DNA of 62,992 bases, counting the filler, from Basidioascus undulatus (taxonomy: Eukaryota): the NCBI GenBank assembly GCA_000826855.1. It is 3 parts of 3 records of this genome, joined end to end, with 100 filler letters (N's around TTAATTAATTAA, not from the genome) between each part and the next. Parts side by side here need not be neighbours in the genome. Positions count along the whole stretch, not along the records: positions 42,088 to 62,992 come from JTLS01000356.1; 2 more parts are not named here. The stretch is one strand, 5' to 3'. Under the pieces are notes generated by a model that did no database searches, had not been told where the DNA came from, and saw only the letters and a program-made list of their open reading frames with translations. A program made the translations under genes and the position numbers. Below, in pieces: positions 61,788-62,992 of this stretch (position 1 is its first letter; each line of letters starts with the position of its first letter).

Positions 61788-62992
61788 TCACAGCCGATGC
61801 CCGGGCACAAGCACGAACAGGACCGTAAGTGCGGCGGTGAGGAGGGTGATCAGTCCAATCACAAGTCTATTACCCCCATCCCCATCCCCATCCCCATTCA
61901 TCAGCTCCAACCAACCTTCCTGGCGAGAAGGAGAACTGAAGATTGAGACGCACGCCGACCGCCCCACAAGCAGCTTCTTGATGTACGGCTCCTCGATCCC
62001 GATCGTGCGGAAGGGGGTCGTCTCGCTGCTCCGTACCACCCTCACAGTCAGCACTGCCTTCTTTCGGAAGAAGAGGAGAGGAAGGGGGAGGGGGGAGAAG
62101 AGGGGGAAGACAGGCGGGCAAATCGACGCACCTCTGGTTGAACAGGACCAGCAGCGGGTCCAAATCATACCGGAAGGCGAGGAGGCAGTAGGACGCGAGG
62201 AAGAAGGGGAGGATGACCTTTCACCCCACCCTATGTCAGAACCGGTTCTCCCACCTTCTCTCCTCTCAAGCAAAAGCAAAAGGACAGAAGGACAGAATGA
62301 AAGAAAGAAGCAGAGACGTACCCAGACCCGCGTCCTTTGCGGCTTGTAGTCCAAGAAGATGAACGTGAACGCAAGGGTGAAGGCGAACCAGAGGAAGAAA
62401 AGACCGAGCGCGAGCCGGACGAGCGAGCTGACCGGCGTCAGGTTCCCGAAACCTTTGGCGCGGAGGAACCTGCGCGTGGGGAGGGTGCGGCCGGCTTTAT
62501 CAGCATCATTCTGGGCAAACGCGAAGACAAGCGGGGAGGGAGGGAGAGAGAGGGAGGAGGGAAGAGGGGAGGGGAGAGAGGGTAGGCGAGAGAGGAGGGG
62601 AAGAGGGGGCGGATGGGAAGACGGGAAGAGGGCAGAGGGAGGAGAGGCGGAGCGCGGAACGAGTGGAAGGACGCGCACTCACCTCGGGTACACCCCCCCT
62701 TCCAGCGCCCTAAACACATACTCTTTCTGGGCATGGAACAAATCCGGGATGTCCTCCAGCCCGTCCTCCCTGCTCGGGAAGCTATGGACCCTCAAACTCG
62801 GGGGAAGGTAAATCTCCTTCTCGCTCCCGCCCGCCAAATACCGCACAAAGATCCTCTCCGCGCTCGCATAAAGATCATCATGCGTGATCGCCGCGCTCCT
62901 GGGAATCACGGTCGGGGCGTGGCTCGTCCGATGGCCGCGGGACCAGGACATTGCTGTGCTGGGCCGCCGCAGGCCGGAGACGTTGGCGAGGG
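61788..62992 (-). CDS. RAX1: Rax1-type RGS-domain membrane protein, 5'-truncated by the window
   Basis: AERIFVRYLAGGSEKEIYLP, PDLFHAQKEYVFRALE, PRFLRAKGFGNL, three TM helices, SETTPFRTIGIEEPYIKKLL, and C-terminal VPGHRL*. Confidence 0.88.

Overview
Eukaryotic, intron-dense fungal DNA. It is most likely a basidiomycete, given the short GTGCGT/GTACGT...CTGAC...YAG introns and the gene families present; the species cannot be named. The window is not one contiguous molecule: two 100-nt N44-TTAATTAATTAA-N44 artificial linkers (20946-21045, 41988-42087) join three contigs. Contig 1 has the 3' part of condensin SMC2, a divergent Brc1/Rtt107-like multi-BRCT gene, a full-size PDR-type ABC transporter divergent from a Zn2Cys6 regulator, and a hypothetical gene. 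Contig 2 has what looks like the last codons of DED1, a decayed partial DED1 copy, a second Zn2Cys6 factor (GC-AG intron) head-to-head with the glycogen debranching enzyme, a stand-alone DH (RhoGEF) gene and several gene relics. Contig 3 has a coiled-coil gene with a duplicated exon-intron unit, a Ser/Thr-rich single-pass membrane protein, three small secreted-protein genes, a strongly divergent GH13 glycogen branching enzyme, an APH-like kinase pseudogene, an ear-less GGA adaptor and the 3' part of RAX1. I found no RNA gene, CRISPR array or intact transposon. I cannot claim a clearly new system. The best leads are the divergent branching enzyme with its neighbouring secreted-peptide genes, the apparently truncated Rtt107-like gene and the ABC/Zn2Cys6 pair. 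Gene models were spliced by eye and family calls come from remembered motifs, not database searches.
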